This document shows positions 62,081 through 64,000 of a stretch of 64,000 nt of DNA, piece after piece. Origin of the DNA: Camelus dromedarius (lineage: Eukaryota); contig NC_087436.1 in NCBI RefSeq assembly GCF_036321535.1, positions 25,670,001 to 25,734,000 of the forward strand, read 5' to 3'. Within the stretch, counting starts at the first letter, position 1; every line of letters starts with the position of its first letter. The translations under genes and the position numbers were made by a program. A model generated the notes under the pieces. That model ran no database searches and was not told where the DNA came from. It worked only from the letters and a program-made list of their open reading frames with translations.

Positions 62081-64000
62081 ATGTCTTACTGAAAAAAAGC
62101 ACTGTTACTAAATATATATAGTAGAGTAAAAATTGTCTCTGTCTAACTCCATAGTTGAAGAAATTGAAGATTATATATAGTTATATTAATTACTGTATTT
62201 TGAAATGATAAATCAACGGACAATAGTTCAAAGAGAATGAATAAAGTTATGTTTTGAATTAAAAAAAATTTTCTGTATCTTAACCTTTACTTATTTGTAT
62301 ATTCTCATTTCTAGAAGCTCTCTGGGCAGTATGACTCAAAGCCAAGGTGGGATGCAATTTATTAACCATAATAGCTCTTTGAGTCTTAGATTACTAAAAA
62401 GTGTTCCCAAAATTCTTGAGCAATTTACTGGTTGGAAAAGGGACATTTAGCTCTAAAGATCCTACCACTGAATATGAAAATCTAGACTTTATTGCTAACC
62501 ATGCAAAGAAGAAAATGTCCTCTGGGTATTTGAATGATTTTATTTATCTAGCATTTATTCCCTTTGATTATGTATTTTTATAGCAGACTTTTTTAAAGGC
62601 TTAACTTGAAAGGAAGGAACAAACATTTTCTCTTAAAAGGATATAATCCCTCGGGCAGGTATTTTTCTTCTTGAACACACAGCTAGGCATTTCCACAGTG
62701 TACATTTGACATAGTTGTATGTCAAGTGCCTGAAATTTAAACACATTTTATCTAATAGGTAAAATCAGTTACACTAAAGGAATTTAAAAAATGAAGGTAC
62801 TTTTGCATGATAAAAGTCCCATTAAGAGTTTGTGCAGGTTTTGTAAGCATGCATTTTCACCCTTAACTGAAGTTCTTATAGTGAGACTTAATTGAGGCTA
62901 ATACAAAAAGGGCATTTCTCATTCCCTCCCCCCTTTTTTTCTAAAAGACTTACAGTTTTAAATATTGCTAACATCATTATACTCGAGCTGCTCCTTAATG
63001 GTGGTACTGCCTTGGTTTACGTGCTAGTGATTGGCTGGCTTACAACTAGGGCAAAAGAATACTGTTAGAAATCAAACATCTATTTCATTAATTGATTTTT
63101 AACAATAAGATGATCCTAGCTATATGCCTGATGCATGATTTTCATCACTGAAAAGAAATCAATGTTATATGTTTGAGTATGCATACTGTGGGATGAATAT
63201 GTACTTTCCAATTTCATCTTTAATGCACTGAAGCTAACCTGAACTCTGGATTAGCACTTTTGAGGTTTTAATTATTGAGAGATTTTTTTATGCCTACTAG
63301 CCCAAAATTATTTTTTCTCTTGGACATTGTGATATGAAACAGCTTCAGATAACTGAGCTTATTAATTCTCTTAGATTCCTCCAGCTTCAACCCAAGCAGC
63401 AGCCGTTCTGACTAACAACTTCCTCTCCACTCCCTCCTCCTCCCTGTGACTCTAAACTAGAGACAGACTTTTAAAGTATAAACCAATGCTTTGGGATAAA
63501 ATTTGTTTCTCAAATAAAACAAATGTTCTAGAAATGTTGGAAATGGTGGTTCATGACAAGGAGAATTGTTTTTCACTGGCTTATAGCTTTTAATGTGAAA
63601 ACTGAAGCAGAGCAATTGTGTTCTTCATAAAAAGACTTCTGACCTCTTTCCCATCCGGTCCCCAAGTATTCCTCATTCCAATAGTAATAGCATAAGGAAA
63701 TTTTTAAAAGACCCACATTTACAAGAATTTAGCTTCTGGCAAGTATCATTTTAAAGAATTCACTTCCTGGCTCATGGTTTACATGACCTGTCTGTCTTCT
63801 CTTGCTTTTTTCTTTCCCTCCACCCTTCCCCCTCTCCTCTTCATGACAAGCTGAGTTTTAACTATTGCATTCACGGCTGTTTCCTGCCTCTTTTGCTTTC
63901 TATTTTCAAATCCATGGGAATGGAATCTGCTCAGAACTATCAGACCGATATCCCCAACACCACCAATCTGCCTGCTACACCAGCCACTACTGAGGAGAGA

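Overview
AT-rich, CpG-poor mammalian DNA, most consistent with a camelid (Vic-1-type tRNA-Ala SINE and matching L1 3' ends). I found no intact protein-coding exon, so this looks like a gene desert or a large intron. Much of it is transposon-derived: L1, L2, MIR, MLT1/ERVL LTRs, a 2.8-kb two-LTR ERV1-class provirus with a tRNA-Leu PBS, a MER31/34-like solo LTR, MER53, MER81 and a piggyBac (Looper) element with TTAA target sites. Three non-transposon inserts stand out. (1) A near-full-length ATP6V0E1 processed pseudogene at about 1341-2150 (-). (2) A 5'-truncated POLR1E retrocopy with polyA and TSD inside an L2 at 55993-56416 (+). (3) The best find: a ~1-kb decayed reading frame at about 21998-22960 (+) whose translation follows bornavirus nucleoprotein motifs in the correct order, making it a candidate endogenous bornavirus-like N element (EBLN). 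Several repeat-free segments carry dense transcription-factor motif clusters and are candidate enhancers. All family and homology calls are by eye against remembered sequences and need database confirmation.
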